A stretch of 64,000 nucleotides of DNA from contig JAYWIR010000015.1 in the NCBI GenBank assembly GCA_036172245.1, positions 2,108,001 through 2,172,000 on the forward strand. Reading direction: 5' to 3'. This stretch comes from Raillietiella orientalis (taxonomy: Eukaryota). Under the pieces are notes generated by a model. That model was not told the DNA's origin. It did not search any database and saw only the letters and a list, made by a program, of their open reading frames with translations. This document shows, piece after piece, positions 11,500 to 24,424 of this stretch (the first letter of the stretch is position 1; every line of letters starts with the position of its first letter). Made by a program: the position numbers and the translations under genes.

Positions 11500-14400
11500 T
11501 TTCCAGGTAGAACACCGAGTTGATCTGCATTATGGATAAAAATGTTCCCCATCATCAAAAATCTGCGAATTCCTTCGCATACATCCCCATGGTGGGAGTT
11601 CTCAACGGCTCTCTTTCGTGGTTTTCGAAACTACCGGTGTTTCCAGAGTCTTTGGCATCTAGGAGGAGTTCTGGTTTGGAAGTGGAAGAGGTTTGTTTTG
11701 TGGAAGACTTGCCTTGAGCGGGACTTTGGGAGCCGACTCACCGCTTGCTTCCCCCCAAAGTGATCTCATCAAACACTTCCGAGCAGTTGAATATGGGAAG
11801 AGTAAGAGAGTACTGTCTCGTATCGAGATGTTCAGCATCCACTGGGAACCGTGGATGCTTTCACCCGAGTCATTTTCAAGGTTTCTCAGGAGATATACAA
11901 CGTAGCCAGATGCGCCGTGTCGCTGCCATTGCACCACCTTCTTGTCTTGCATGGTGTGCAAGTGAAACTCAGGGTGAGGATGCTGCAGACTGGTGTCCTT
12001 TCCGAGAGACGAGAAGGAGGATCCGTTTTCTAAAACTTCCGGGCTTCTTGGGAACTCCATCCTGATCGATTACGTCGGGATGTCGCGTTCAGGACGCTGA
12101 CTGCCCGAACGGGTCGAGGTAAAAAATAATCTTTGCTTCCCGAGCTCAGCCATCCAGGATTCGGTTTCCCCCTCGCCTTCTGTGAGGAATCCATTTTGGA
12201 AATCTGGAAGCGGGAAAGCTCCCCACCTACGCGTCTCTAGGAAGGAGTCTCATAAAACTACTGGAAAAGGAGGGTAAATGGTTTCGTAATTTCTGGGAGG
12301 CGCCTCCAATCTTGGAATGACTTCAGAATTCCCATGGCACCTCCCCCAAACTGTGATCACTTGCAAGCCAGCGCTTCGTTAAAGGAGGAGGCTGCAAAGA
12401 ATCCTGAGACGGGGGAAAGGAGGAAAGCTGGAACGGGGAGTGCTGAGAGAGCTGCACGACGGAGAGAAGGGAACCTGTCAACGGCTGAAAGACCCAACTG
12501 CAGGTGGGGAGGCCAAGGAAGCGCTCGTTCGCGCGTTCAGTCCAGAAGCCTCACTGATCGGGAGCCTAGAAAGAAACTCTAGCCTTCCAGAGCTCTCCAC
12601 CAAAGCCGGCATGGGAAGGATCGCCAGTTTTCCTGATTCCAAATTCGCCGGTCTTCAAGGAGGAATCTGCTTGTCCGCGGAAGAAGGATTCCCCGTGAGC
12701 GGAACGCTGGACCAACCCCTCCTACGTCGCCTCTCATACGAACGAGCACGTGATCCATGCATACTGGACCAATGTCCAGGATGCGGGGCAGGATGCCCTT
12801 CTCTTCCAAGGCTTCGATACGGAGGTCCTCTGGGGGATGGAATCGCGGACATCCTCATTCCTTGTCTTAACCACTTCTCGCGGACGGGAAACAAACTTCC
12901 CTCTCCCAGGGCAGTATCTCAGAAGGGCAGTACCGACTTTCGATATTGTAGCAGAGCCCCACCTCCCCTTCCCTCCTACGAAACAACTTTTGATCACATT
13001 TTCGGTGCCAAATCTTTTAAATGTCCGATTGCACGGTGCCGTTCCTGATGGGAGAATCTGAGGAAACGCCGGCGCTTGTTCGACTGCAAGCAATGAGTCC
13101 GTCCTTGATGCGTGCACGGACTCTCGTCTCCTGCCTGACTCCCATCCTTCAAAATGGTGATCGGACGATCATCCTGGGAGTTCCCTGGGAGTTTGAAAAT
13201 ACTTCTGCGCTCAGGTAGCGAATGGGCCGAAGTAACGAGACCTGACTCTCTGCATATCGACTTCAGAGGTCCAGGAGTCTGTGAAAGTTTTGTGACCTCC
13301 AGCCTGTCGGGAGATCTTGGGACCTTCGAAACGGAGAACTGCTCCCTGGGTCTCGAACAAGCGGGTTCGAACCAGCGCAACCATCGGACTTCGTTCCAGG
13401 AATGCCCGGCGGCTCTGGAGAAGTTTGTGGGGCTCATCGTGAGCTGCGAAATCACCATCTCAGAGTCGGAATGGAAGCGCCAGTTGCCAAGCAGTGGGCA
13501 GCCCTTCCCTTGACCATTGTTGGGAGCCCCTGCACTCTCTTCAGAGGTGCCGAGGCTAGGTGCGGTTACCATGAGCACGCCGGATGGTGCTCTCGAGTGT
13601 ACCCATTGGCTTGCCCATCCAATGGAAGGAGGCACACGCCAACGTCTCAAAGAAGAGGAAGTGATTCCCTCGCCGTTGCAGTCACATCCCATGGAAAAGC
13701 ACCTGGAAAAATCGATCCAAACGTCCAGATCCTTTCATGTTTTACCACTGAAGCCGTTTCTTGGTGAAGTACTACTTGAGCCTGCATGATGATTGGTAGT
13801 AGAGAAGCGAGGATGGTGGAAAAAATCGAGCTCCTAATTCTTTGTCCCAGTCTACTTCTTGAAAAAGAAAAAAAACACAAGGGTAAATCTTTTATGCACT
13901 TGAATGTCCTGAGAATTCAGACAAGATACAGATGCAAAAGAATCCAAGTTGCGATTCAGAATGCACTCCTGTTTCATCTGCTTCCTTCTTTCCTTCATCC
14001 CACGAAATCTCCAGCTCTGTTCATTGAGTAGACTGAGGGATTACATAGAAGAAAGGGAGGTAGGAACGAAGCAAGGTCTTTAAAATCTTCAACATCTCCT
14101 TGTTCTGCCCTATGAGGTTACAGTGCCCTTACCAGAAGTCCTCGGTCTATATCCACATCTGTTGGTGCCTGTTCTTGGCTGCCTATGCTCTTGACGATTC
14201 CTTCATCGGGAGAATGGCCCAGCCTGTGGGTTCAATACACATGGCTGCCATATTGAATGTTAGAGGCATTTCCTTGGGATAGCTACGAGATCTCCAGTTC
14301 TCTCGCTAACTCCTCATTATAGGATCTCGGGACCCTGGACAGCTAACTCCTAGGTCTCGTCAGGTCATCTGAACATCCATCGTCAACAAAGATAGCCAGC

Positions 14401-14800
14401 TCTTTAAATTTGGTCCTTTTTTTTCGAGGACTGCTGAACCCGCAAGGAGTGCTCTAGAAAGAGCAAGCAACTTACAGGGTAATCGTTCTTCTTCTCTTGC
14501 TCAGTGCAAGTTCCAGAAAGAGATGAGAGTCAACTTCAAGGATGAGATCTCAGGAAACCGATCCCCTCATGCCTTCCCTCACCATCTTCAACATGTGCAG
14601 GCAGCGTGTGGTGTGCCGCTGAATGCAACGAAAAATCGTTGAATAATCTTCCTAGCTGGACAGAGGATTCAGCTGCAGCTCCTTTCCCAGCTGCTGCTGA
14701 TGCAGAATTCCAGAGGGAACGATGAAACTCGCCTCTTCGACTCAGTGATGCCCTCTTGTAGGGAAAGGCATTTTGCCCACTCGATGAAGGTCAATGGGAA
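11500..14800 (-). mobile_element. Long degenerate L1/Tx1-like element: ORF1 remnant, APE endonuclease and RT
   Basis: ORF1 knuckle-like YGSHVY*THRLGHSPDE (about 14200); EN motifs QVVLHQET (about 13760), LLGNW and SQDDRPITIL; RT-like DQDGVP (about 12060), FNCSEVFDEI (about 11770) and MYAKE (about 11580). Confidence 0.6.
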
Positions 14801-14984
14801 ACTCGAGCTCCAGTGACGAAGCTTTTGTTGTTAGAATCTCGAATTTTCCTTTACGAGCCCTCTCCTCTCTCTCACGTCTCGTCTTCTATTTTCGTGAGCG
14901 GAGAACACGCGTCTGGCTTCTTGGAGAAGGAGGGCTTCTCCAGCAGGCGGGCGGCACTCGTCCGCTCTCTGAGACTCGGGTTCT

Positions 14985-15410
14985 TCTATTTCCGCCGCTC
15001 TTCCTCCAGGGTTTTTTTTTTGTTTTTGGTTCCCTGAGTTCTGAAGACCCGTTCTCTCTGCGGAGGGCTTGCGAAGTCCTTCAACGCTGTTCTTCCACGC
15101 CAACCAAGGATGCATATCACTCATCAATTTATAGGGGGTGCTCCGGAAGGAGACCACCCAATGAATCCAGGAAGGCTCCAAAGTCCGTTTCTCTCACGCT
15201 TGAGAGGGGAATCCCGAAGGGAACCCGAAAATGATCCGTTCCTGGGTTTCTCCCTCGGAGGGACTCCCGGAATGAATCCGCTCCTTGCCCTTCCTCTTCT
15301 GAAGAGAATCCCAAAGGAACTCTTCCCAATTTCTCTAAGGGATTCTCCCCGAAGGAAGCAGCAGCCCACTTCTGACACTCTGGAGAGGCACCCCTCTAAG
15401 GGGATATCAA
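14985..15410 (+). repeat. Dispersed repeat family copy A
   Basis: T-run plus TGGTTCCCTGAG (15027-15038), CTGTTCTT..., TAGGGG, core ATGAATCCAGGAAG (15161), then degenerate CCGAAGGGAAC-type sub-repeats. Confidence 0.8.
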
Positions 15411-16944
15411 TCAACCAGCGCCATGTGATGTAGCTCGATGGAGGGTCTCCTTCCGAAACTTGCGCTGGAGAACCCGATTTGAATCTCCGGTGATGAAGGA
15501 ATTCCAGGTGGCATTCCTTGAGAGGTTCGAGGGAGCTGGCAGATACCAGAAATCGAAATCACGAATCACAGGATTCTCCGGGATAAGACGCGGGCGATTG
15601 GGAGACGGCGCTGATCCTTGGTCCCTCGATCCGCGGGGATGGCGCTCGAAACACCCGGCTATGACGCAAGAAACGCCGCACCTCTGCCTCGATCCCAGAC
15701 ATCTCTGACGTGTGAGATCGCAAAGAAGCATCATCTTTCGTGCTCCCCTTGCAAAGCACCAACTGCACGCAGTGAGGTGGCGCTCATTAAGAGCTCCGCT
15801 CACCTGCCAAAAGCGCCCCGTGATGCGGGACGCGTTTGGTGACATCATTTCCATCCCCTCCTTCGGCACAGGCGCATGCTAATATCGCACGGAGATCTTG
15901 TGGGTAGCAGCGTGACATGTGATCTCGAGTCCATTACATCCGAGTGCGCCCCCGGATTCCAGAAATTCGACGGTTCGATTCGAGGGCGGCGCTGCGGGGT
16001 GGCGATCGCAGGGTCAGTCAGAAATGACCACCGATGTCCCCCGCTTCCAGGCTCGCGGAACTGCACCCATCTTCAGAAAGAAACCCTTGTGACGGCCCCT
16101 CGGCTGTTCCCCCCGGAGGCGAGTAGGCGGGGGTGCTGGGAACTTCCGCCTTCACATAACTTCACGACGTCTCGAGGACTCCGGCGTATCACACCGGGCC
16201 TCTGTGAGGCTCCGATCGCGTGCCTTCGCATCCCTGCCCACCAAGGTGCACGTATTCGGGCAAGGGAGAAACCGCCGCCAAGCAAGCCTTCCGAAAGATG
16301 ACCCGGAAGCAAGGTTCCACTCCCGGAGGAACCGCGACCCTTTCCCTTCTTAATTCGTCCCATCGGCCTCCCTGCTGATTTCCATTCGGCGCTTGCGCAA
16401 AGCACAAGATGAAGGGAGGAGATGGCGTACCATCTCACAGCACTCGCCCGTGCTCCGTCAGGTTGTTGGGAAGCTGGATGGATTCGTGATGCCATCCCTG
16501 CAGCGACCCTTCCGACGGAGGGCTCAACCCTGCCTCCACGCTCCATCCGGCAGAAGATTTCCTCGTTTCTGCTCGCTGTGGGGGAGAACCAGGCAGCCCC
16601 GAGACCCAGGCCATCGCACGCGCTGTCTTATAGAAGCGGGAGGCGTGGGACCCTCTCCACGTGCCTGGAGATGCAGCACTGTTCCTTCTCTTCGGCGCAA
16701 CCCTCTCGTCGCCTCTTGGCGAAGCTGTGTTTCCGTCTTCCTCAGATGCACCTGCATCTGAGGAAATGCCGCCAGACGAAGCGGAAATTATTTCGGTTTT
16801 TCGAGCTGCGAGCAGACGAACCCCTGGGCGAGCTCGGGTGCGCCGCAAACGTCCGTCCGCCCGCCAGGAACCGCAATCGCTAACCCACTCTGCCGGTTGA
16901 GTTTCTTTCTCTCTGTCCGGAGTGCGCGGTTCGCGGCGCCTCAC
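15411..16944 (-). mobile_element. Degenerate L1/Tx1-like RT plus thumb fragment
   Basis: SPGTWRGSHASRFYK resembles SPGPDG..AEFYK; RWYAISSL resembles WRPISLL; GRFWQVSGALNERH resembles F...SGA.LN..K; also DFWY. Confidence 0.6.
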
Positions 16945-16979
16945 CCTTCCCTCCTAGCGATCGCGGAGGGGTTAGTTTC

Positions 16980-18750
16980 CCTTAATCTGCGCGGGCGAAA
17001 ACTGCAAGACGAGATCCGGGAGAGCAGATTGTGCCGAAAAGTGTCAAAGGTCAGCTGATCCCCGGACGATCCGAAAATTCGATTTGCTTCTGGGCACTGC
17101 ATTCAGACAAGCGTACATATCGCAGAGGAGATCGGTCGGGGGGAACCATGTCGAAGCTGAGCGCTCCACTCCCCACCCCACCCCCGCCCACCGGATGCTT
17201 ACAACAGCATCCGTCTTCAACAGCAGATGCTTCCACGTAGTGTTTTGTCTGCTGAGCTGGGGTCTCTTCGGCGGAGTTCCCGGCCCGACCGACCGCGTTG
17301 CGGACGGTATCGCGAGAGTGCCCCGCGTCAGACACGCCGCCTGGACCGAAATCCCACGCTTCCTGTCGTTCTCGGACCATTGGAGAGTTCGAGCTGGAAG
17401 GAACCATCTTGCAAGGCGCCCTCAGAGTTGGATCCACTTCCGTGCTCCGTCCTCTCTGCTGCTTCGCTTCCGGCTAGGGCGCTCTCCGCCGGGTCCGCTG
17501 GCGCCCTCTTTCCGAGTACCGATCAGGTGCCCTCATTCTGTCGCCCCAGGAGAATCTTCAAGTTCGCCTTGCCGAAAGCTCTCGTGCACGAAGACTCGAG
17601 TCACCGACGCAGCTTTGGGAGCCCGCCGTTCTTCCAGAACATTCCATTTTCATTCCACTCTCTCGGATCTCGTCTTCCAGTTTTCTCCGGCGCGGATGGA
17701 GGAGAGGGGAACCCCTCCGACAAGGGTGCGGAGGGAAGCGTGGGGCGCCGCGACCAGGAGGCTCCGGACAGAAAGAAAAAAGCGCAACCGGCCGAGTAGG
17801 TTTGGGAAGGAGTGGCGGGGAAAATTCCTCTTGCAGACGCGAGGTTCTTGTCAGCCCTGACATTCTGCACGTCCTCGACTCTCGCTCCCAATAGCCGCTC
17901 CCCAAACCTCGCTTGCAGGCGTGGCGGCGCAACGGACCGCAAGGGGGAGGGCAAAGGAGCAGCTCACCTCTTTATGCCGCAGTTGCCACGAGCGTCTCTT
18001 TCAGTCTCCGATACTCGGGTTTCCTTCTCGGGGGTCCCTGGGAGATGCCTCCCTTCGGCGTGCGGAGCTCTGAAAACCGAGCACGCCTTTGCTCTGCGCT
18101 CCTCCGGAGATCCTGCGGGCAGATGGAGGAGGCTCCCTGCCCGACCACCACCCTTCCATGTTTCTTCACCTCGTCATACCCGGAGCCTCCATGTTCGGGA
18201 GTTCGCCTCCTTTCGCACGTGCACCTCTTCGCAGTGATCCTAGGGAAGGAAACGTAGGGACCACAGGAGGACCGAGCGGACGCCAGGCGTGGGTTACACG
18301 CAGGGCGCGAGGAAAACAATCGGAAGAGAACTGGCGAACGGCATCCAGGGCTTGGCCTGCGCTTGCTCTAGAGGCAGTCTCCCGCGTTGCAGTAGGGTGA
18401 GAGGGAGGGCTTGTAAAGAGACCGCGGCAGCAACAGCGGAGCGTAACACCTAGCGCTTTCGACCTTAGGGTGCGCTGACCTGGGAAATCGACCTTAGCCG
18501 CGTTCTTCTTGGGTACCATCTTTTCATCGCCTCTGATGGACAGCGCCTGCACAGATCTCATTGAGTCGCACAAGGCAGAATCTGTAATCTGCGGACCGAC
18601 GGTTGCGTTGGGTGAGCGGCAGGTAGAAAACTCCTCGAAGTCCGATGCTGCCCAACGCGGGACGAGCGTTTCGTGATGGTAGATGTCCTCCCGTGGTGAC
18701 TCTCCCTGAATCGTGAGCTCACCTTGCACCTATCCAAAGTGGAGTCTTGC
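16980..18750 (-). mobile_element. Degenerate L1/Tx1-like RT5-7 to C-terminal CCHC fragment
   Basis: DFEEFSTCRSPN, SKALGVTL (resembles KYLGV.L) and TTWKHLLL (resembles ET..HLL..C); 18031-18090 is homologous in nucleotide sequence to 21423-21487. Confidence 0.6.
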
Positions 18751-18859
18751 ACCTGTCGCCAAACTCAGCGTCGGAGTTTGGTACTTCCTTTCCGAACGTC
18801 CACTCCGCCTCAGCTCGTCCGTGCACTCGATTGCCCGCCGTCCAGACCTTCCTGACGCC

Positions 18860-19270
18860 TCCGATGGAACCATTCCATTCTCTTTTTTCCGTGGTTCGCT
18901 GAGTGCTGAAGAAACGTTTGCCTCCGTAGGGGTCCTACGAAACTCTTTATCACTGTTCTTCACCCAAGGGTGCATGCGACTCTTCAAGTTAGGGGATGAC
19001 CTCGGAGGGAGCACCCTATGAATCCAGGAAGCCTCCGGAGTCTGTTCCTCTTACGTTTGGTGGGGACCCTCGCTCTGCCTGTCTCCGAAGGGAACCTCTT
19101 CCTCGTTCTCTCCGGAGGGACCCTTGAATGGGGTCACTCCTCGTTTCTGCTCCGAGGGGAACCCGCAAGGGATCCGTTCCCTGTTTCCTCCTCTCAAGAG
19201 AAACCCGAAGAGGTGCTTCCAATTCCGTCGACCTCTTCGACGCACGGAATCCCCCGGATCTTCATACGCT
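18860..19270 (+). repeat. Dispersed repeat family copy B
   Basis: TGGTTCGCTGAG (18892-18903), CTGTTCTT, TAGGGG, ATGAATCCAGGAAG (19018), CCGAAGGGAACC sub-repeats. Confidence 0.8.
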
Positions 19271-19299
19271 GTTGGGAATGCTTGTAACCCCTTTCCCAC

Positions 19300-19860
19300 T
19301 ACGGGACGTAAAGTTTTTCGGGATAGTTCATGAACAGACGGATCTCGAAGGAAATGAAGACTGAAGCAACTGCCTATCGCGAAGTTGTCGGCCTCGTAGG
19401 GTAGGTTAGCCGAGGCATCCCTCTGACCTGTGTGTTGGCACACACCACTCCACCTGGATTGAGGTTTCTTAAAAAGTGGAATGAACGGAAAGAACACGAA
19501 GCTGGAGGATCGTTCTGGGAATGTTGGGCACGGTAGTGCCCGAAGAAAGCACGACAGTCTTGGCTCGCTTTTACGAGGAAGCCTCGTTCCTTTCGTGCGG
19601 AAGCACTCCCCAGCCTCATGCTCCCTTTTTCGTCATTGCATTGTGAGTTTGGGTCGCAATCAAGCAGGAGAGCATCTCTGGAGGTGCTCGACACCTCAAG
19701 TGAGCATGAATTTGGCGCCTTCGAAGCCGTCACGAAAAAATCTTCTACCCAATATGACGTAACCTGCTTCCTTCCGTTGTCCCGCTACCCTATTCCATTC
19801 CAGATGTGTAATGGCGGCCGTCATCTTTGTTCATTCTTCACTTGCATTGCATGGTGTTCT
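19300..19860 (+). mobile_element. Possible LINE C-terminal fragment
   Basis: LLRGSLVP...CSLFRHC...EHLWRC resembles the zf-RVT/CCHC region. Confidence 0.35.
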
Positions 19861-19891
19861 TCCTGAAAAAACCAAAAAAAATCTTCACGGA

Positions 19892-22800
19892 TAAAGATGA
19901 GAAACAGAGATAACAGTCTCCGAGACAAGAAACACCTTTTGGTTTATCACCTGATCACACCGGGACGTTTATCATGAAAAATAAATATACATGTTTAGGG
20001 CCATCAGCCTTACATTGTCCCCAAATGCTCAGAACCTGCCGAGTAACCGGCACTCACGCCGGTGAGGTTCGCCTCGGCAGCGAAGGGAGAGGGGCAAACA
20101 AAAATAGAAATAAATAATAATAAAAAAACTCTGGAGGGCACGGGAAGGGATCACTGTCTGCTGAAGGGGGTCCTCTGCATCCTTTCCAGGATGCCGGCAA
20201 GCTCCATCTGAGTATGTCCCAGGTGGGGCCATCTTGCTGCCATCCTCATGGAGCACAGAGAGAATTAGATGCCGTCCTGGCGTCCCTATCGCGCCATCCT
20301 CCTCTCGCGTAGCTCCAGGCTGCTTCAATCCCGCGTAGGCAGCAGCAAAGAGCTACAGGGGGTGCGGTAGGTGAAAGGGTACCGTGCACGAAGGAAAGCT
20401 CCATCATGTCCCTGGGATCGTCCGTCGGTGCACCAAGGGCCCTTGCGTAACGCAAGCACATGGGCCGGGGGACAACACAGTCTACGAGCAGATGCGGGAG
20501 CTGGGATTCCCATTCACGAAACCTGCAACAGTTGGTTTCGACGGCCCCCCGGGTCCAGTGAGACCGGCGGGCATTGTACGGGATACCCCAGTGCAACAGC
20601 AGAATTGCCGATTACTGCCATTTCAGGGGAAGGTCCCGATTGTTCCTCAGCTGTGAGGACCACTTGAGGTCTTCCCGTAGGATCCCCAGCAGCTCACTCC
20701 GGCGCAATAATCCTTTCGTTGAAGCACTTGAGGTCGTAGCGTCCGTGAGTTGGTCCGTGGCCCATCCACCTGATTCCTCCGCTCTTACACCGATCTCAAT
20801 CGGACTTCCCATCTGGCTGGCTGGTTCTGCCCAAGTGCTCCCTGAGGAGGGAAATGCCACAGCTAGGGAGGTTCTTTGCCCCCCCCACACGTAGCGGACT
20901 GCACGATGACATCCTGCAGCATAGAAGGGAGTGCAGCAGTCGCCGCCTTATCTCCGGTCTCGCTTCGTTGTTCTTGGCACATGTGCAAACGGTTTCCTGA
21001 AACCAGGCACTACGATTCCCAGGCCGGTAGAAGATGCAGTTGTTGGTCCTGGTCAGCTTGGCTACTCTCCGGAGCTCCAGTCCGCAACTGGACACGTTGC
21101 GTCTGCGTCGCCACTCCAGGAACGAACACAGTTCCGCGTAGCCGGTGGCTCTCTTGACCAGGTATCGTGCAGGCTCGTACCAGTTCGTGCTCCAAAGCTT
21201 GGCCACTAGGGCAAGAGTTCTCCACCGGAGCTGACGCTCCAGGCCTTTTGGAGTGTCACCTTCTAAATGCACGATAAGTTTGCCGAAGAGTTCTGCCACG
21301 AACTCGGACAGCCTTCCTCGCCTGCTGGAACGAAGCGAAGTCGTTCCTGAGTTGGCGCTTTCATTGCGGAATCTGTAGCCACGCGCAACTCTTGCCGTCT
21401 CCGGTGCTCGGTTTTCGTCTCAGGGGTCCCTGGAAGAAGCTCCTCCCCTCGGCGTGCGGAGCTCTGAACCTTCGAGCACGCCTCTGCACTGCCAGGCTGG
21501 AACCGCTTTGGCTTCTCCGTGCCGGAACGTCTTTCTGAGATTTGGGCAGCTCTCGCAATAGATAACGAGATCATTCTTCTTCACTCCATTCCACCCTAGA
21601 CAGGCCAGACTTACTTCGCCAAAATACCAGCTCCCTTGTTGTGAGCACTCAGATTCTGCAAGTCGCGAAACCGTGTTGATACCAAATGGGCAACAGGAGG
21701 TTCCGAGCTTCTTAGCTGACGGCTGCTTTCCGATAGCGCGGAAGTGGTTGAGGAGACTGTGGCTAGATCTCCATATCAGGAAAACCTGACCGGTTTGTCT
21801 CTCCAGCCCCTCTCCATCATGTGAACCGAAGAGTAAAGTTCAAAAAAAAAGAAAAAATGAGTAAAAAGACCAAAGGTGGAACAAGCAGGATGGCTCGCGT
21901 GCCGCCTAATCCAGTTGGTCTGGAAAAAGGGTCAACTATTTCACCCCTTACCAGTGAAGTAAATGTAAGGGCATGCTCCCGATTCTTGGCTTTGCATGCT
22001 CATCGGAGTGCAGCACCCGAGCGCCATCATCGATATTCAGTGTCGAGGAATTCCCACTGTTGCATAGTGGTGTGTTTCGAGATTCTGAAATAATTGAAAA
22101 TGGAGAACGTTGATGAGCATCCAGCCCCGGGAGAACCGATTATCCAAAGAAATTGAATTGGAATATGAAATTGAGTTGTTCCTGGCCAGAATGAATCCAG
22201 AGGCAACTCTAGCAGAGGTCTTCAGGGATGCTACTGTGCAACTTGGTCTCAAGAACTAAGGAAAGGGGTGAAAGACGAATCTGACCGTTTCGTGGCTGCT
22301 GGTTTCCTCCGAAGTTTTACTCAGGATAGGTGGCTTCGTCGAAGCGGAAGGAAGAAAAGAGAGTTTCGTTCGGTAAAGCGAATGATTAGAGGCCTTCGGG
22401 CCGAAGTGACCTCAGACTATTCTCAAACTTCAAAGGGAGGTCCGGCTTGCTTGAAGCTCCGTGAGAGCCGCCCAGTGGGTCCTTGTTGGTAGGCAGAACT
22501 GGTGCTATGGGATGAACCGAACATTGCGTTACGACACCCCGTGTGACGCTCATCAGATCTCATGAAAAATATCAGTTGCTCTGGGTAACAGAACGGTGGT
22601 AACATTGGAAGTCGGAACTCACTAATAGGTGTCTCTACCTACTCGCCTACCGAAGCAAGCGATCCTGGATGGCGCCCAAGCCTCGAGCCACATCCAGCCG
22701 CCGGGACAGAGCCGTTCTTGCCTTCAGGCATTCTGTAGGAGGAGGATGGCAAGTTCTCTCAGGTTCCGACGAGTAGGAAAGGGGTTTGGAGCGAGCCGCC

Positions 22801-24289
22801 GTCGGCATAGATCCCGGTGGTGGTAGCAAACATTCTGGTGAATCCCGGCGATCTGGTGTGAAGGATGGACGCGTGTGAGCAGCCTCTGGGCGTGATTCAG
22901 TTGATCCGGGATCTCCGGAGAAATCCTAGAAGCTGCAAATACGAAACACTCAGAGCCGATTCTTATGTAGAGATTTTGCATGTGTATAGGTCATAGTGCA
23001 TAGGGTAATGGCGCATAGGAAATGTAGGTCCTCAAACCCGCGACTCTGTAGAGTCCATTTCGAAACTGGGTCGATTCCGCGACGCTTCCCAATCGTCACG
23101 CGGAATTCATGCAAACAGGGAGCAGCAAGGCGGAAAGTGTAGTTCGCGTCCTTGCGGCCCCATTACGTAGAGGAATAGGAGAATTAGAGAAGGAGAGACG
23201 AATAGGAGGATTTCGCGCAACCCAACACGGGACCCACGCTGACCGGAGGACCTCCACGTATTCTCGTTCAGTGAAGGCATCACCCACAGTACAAAGAATT
23301 ACGACCGAAGGTCAACAGAGGATGCCGAAAACACTGGAAAGGTGACGCAGAGATCACATTCGCAACGACAGAAGACATCCGCGATTCCGTCAGAATCGCT
23401 CGTTTCATTAAATTAAAGCCTGCTCTAAATAAATAATTTAGGAGGGGGAGAGGGTGAAGGTTGAAAAGGTTGAACCCAGAAAATTTGGGGGGAGTCTCTA
23501 TGCCCATGCGGCAAAAGTTGGACCGCTGCACTTCCTGTTGTACGCAGAAGGGAGAGCATTTACGAAACACAGATGCACAGCTGGGACTCCAGAGACGGAA
23601 GTTGGATGTCGGAAGGTAGCCATCGCCGGAAGCGCGATAGCCATCTGTCACACAAAGAGACAGATTGCTCCGGCACGCTTGGAACCTGCGAACCTGGTTT
23701 CCCTCTCGTTCTTGCGATACTTTCCGCACCGGGTCGAAGCCCCGAAGGGTGCGACGTCTCCGCGAGTGAACGTGCAAACACTGCCCGCTTTTTCGCTGAT
23801 CTCCGTGAGGATGCGCGTCCACCAGATCGCCGCTCATCCGTCTTCGGAAGAGCGAGTGAGGAGTGCAGAGAACCTGACGCATCGTGATCTCAGTGTTGCA
23901 CTGAGGGAGCACAGGATGTGAATCCCGAAGAACTTTTCTTTTCTTCCTTTTTTTCCCTTCTCGGAGGATTTCAGTGAAGGAGGATGCACGAAGAAGGTCA
24001 AAAGCGACGCAGGACATGTCGGAGGATGTGCGCCATAGGGTGCAGTGCTGATGCAAACCGAGCGGTAAACAAACGACGCCCTTCTGTGGAGGAAATTGCG
24101 GATCTCCATTGATCGGGGCAGGAATCAGCACCCTACGGTCTCCGCGAGAAGTGGCACGGAGTCGACCCCTAGAAGATCCGAAATGTCGGGAGAGTCGCGC
24201 GTCGGCCCAAGCTGATCGGTTCAGGGACACCGACACACCTGAATCGAAGTTGCATAAACTGAAGAAGTCTTGAGATGTCGACGGAGATG
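19892..24289 (-). mobile_element. Degenerate L1/Tx1-like element directly downstream of truncated U6 (EN, RT start, thumb, CCHC, 3' UTR; internal deletion/insertion near 21600-22260)
   Basis: EN-like GSKRAGAICLF and LCFVNALP (23900-23280); LPTNKDPLGG resembles LP.NK.PG.DG (about 22480); AELFGKLIVHL resembles AL..K...RL; HWGIPYNARR...TNCCRFREWESQLPHLLVDC is a zf-RVT/CCHC motif (about 20590-20470). Confidence 0.65.
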
Positions 24290-24373
24290 TTTGCATGCCA
24301 TCCTTGCGCAGGGGCCATGCTAATCTTCTCTGTGTCGTTCCAATTTTAGTATATGTACAGCCGAAGTGTGTAC
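24290..24373 (-). ncRNA. U6: U6 snRNA, 3'-truncated (nt 1-84; probable pseudogene or interrupted gene)
   Basis: Minus strand GTACACACTTCGGCTGTAC-ATATACTAAAATTGGAACGACACAGAGAAGATTAGCATGGCCCCTGCGCAAGGATGGCATGCAAA contains the 5' stem-loop, ACAGAGA box, AGC triad and ISL. The canonical 3' part (TTCGTGAAGCGTTCCA..TTTT) does not follow. Confidence 0.95.
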
Positions 24374-24397
24374 ATATATGATGATATGAGATGAGAT

Positions 24398-24424
24398 ATA
24401 CACATATGAGATGTTTGTGATGGC
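24398..24424 (-). promoter_or_regulatory. Putative snRNA upstream promoter element (PSE-like) of U6
   Basis: GCCATCACAAACATCTCATATGTGTAT ends 24 nt before U6 +1; a second copy with 24/27 identity lies at 25369-25395. Confidence 0.5.

Noticed and set aside
15130..15400. Stand-alone MITE with TAGGGG...CCCCTCTA termini
   Set aside because: Homology among the three copies extends about 150 bp beyond the apparent left TIR, and the other copies lack the right TIR.
24290..24373. U6 interrupted by a spliceosomal intron (as in some fungi)
   Set aside because: Sequence after nt 84 starts CA, not GT, and no intact 3' exon follows nearby.
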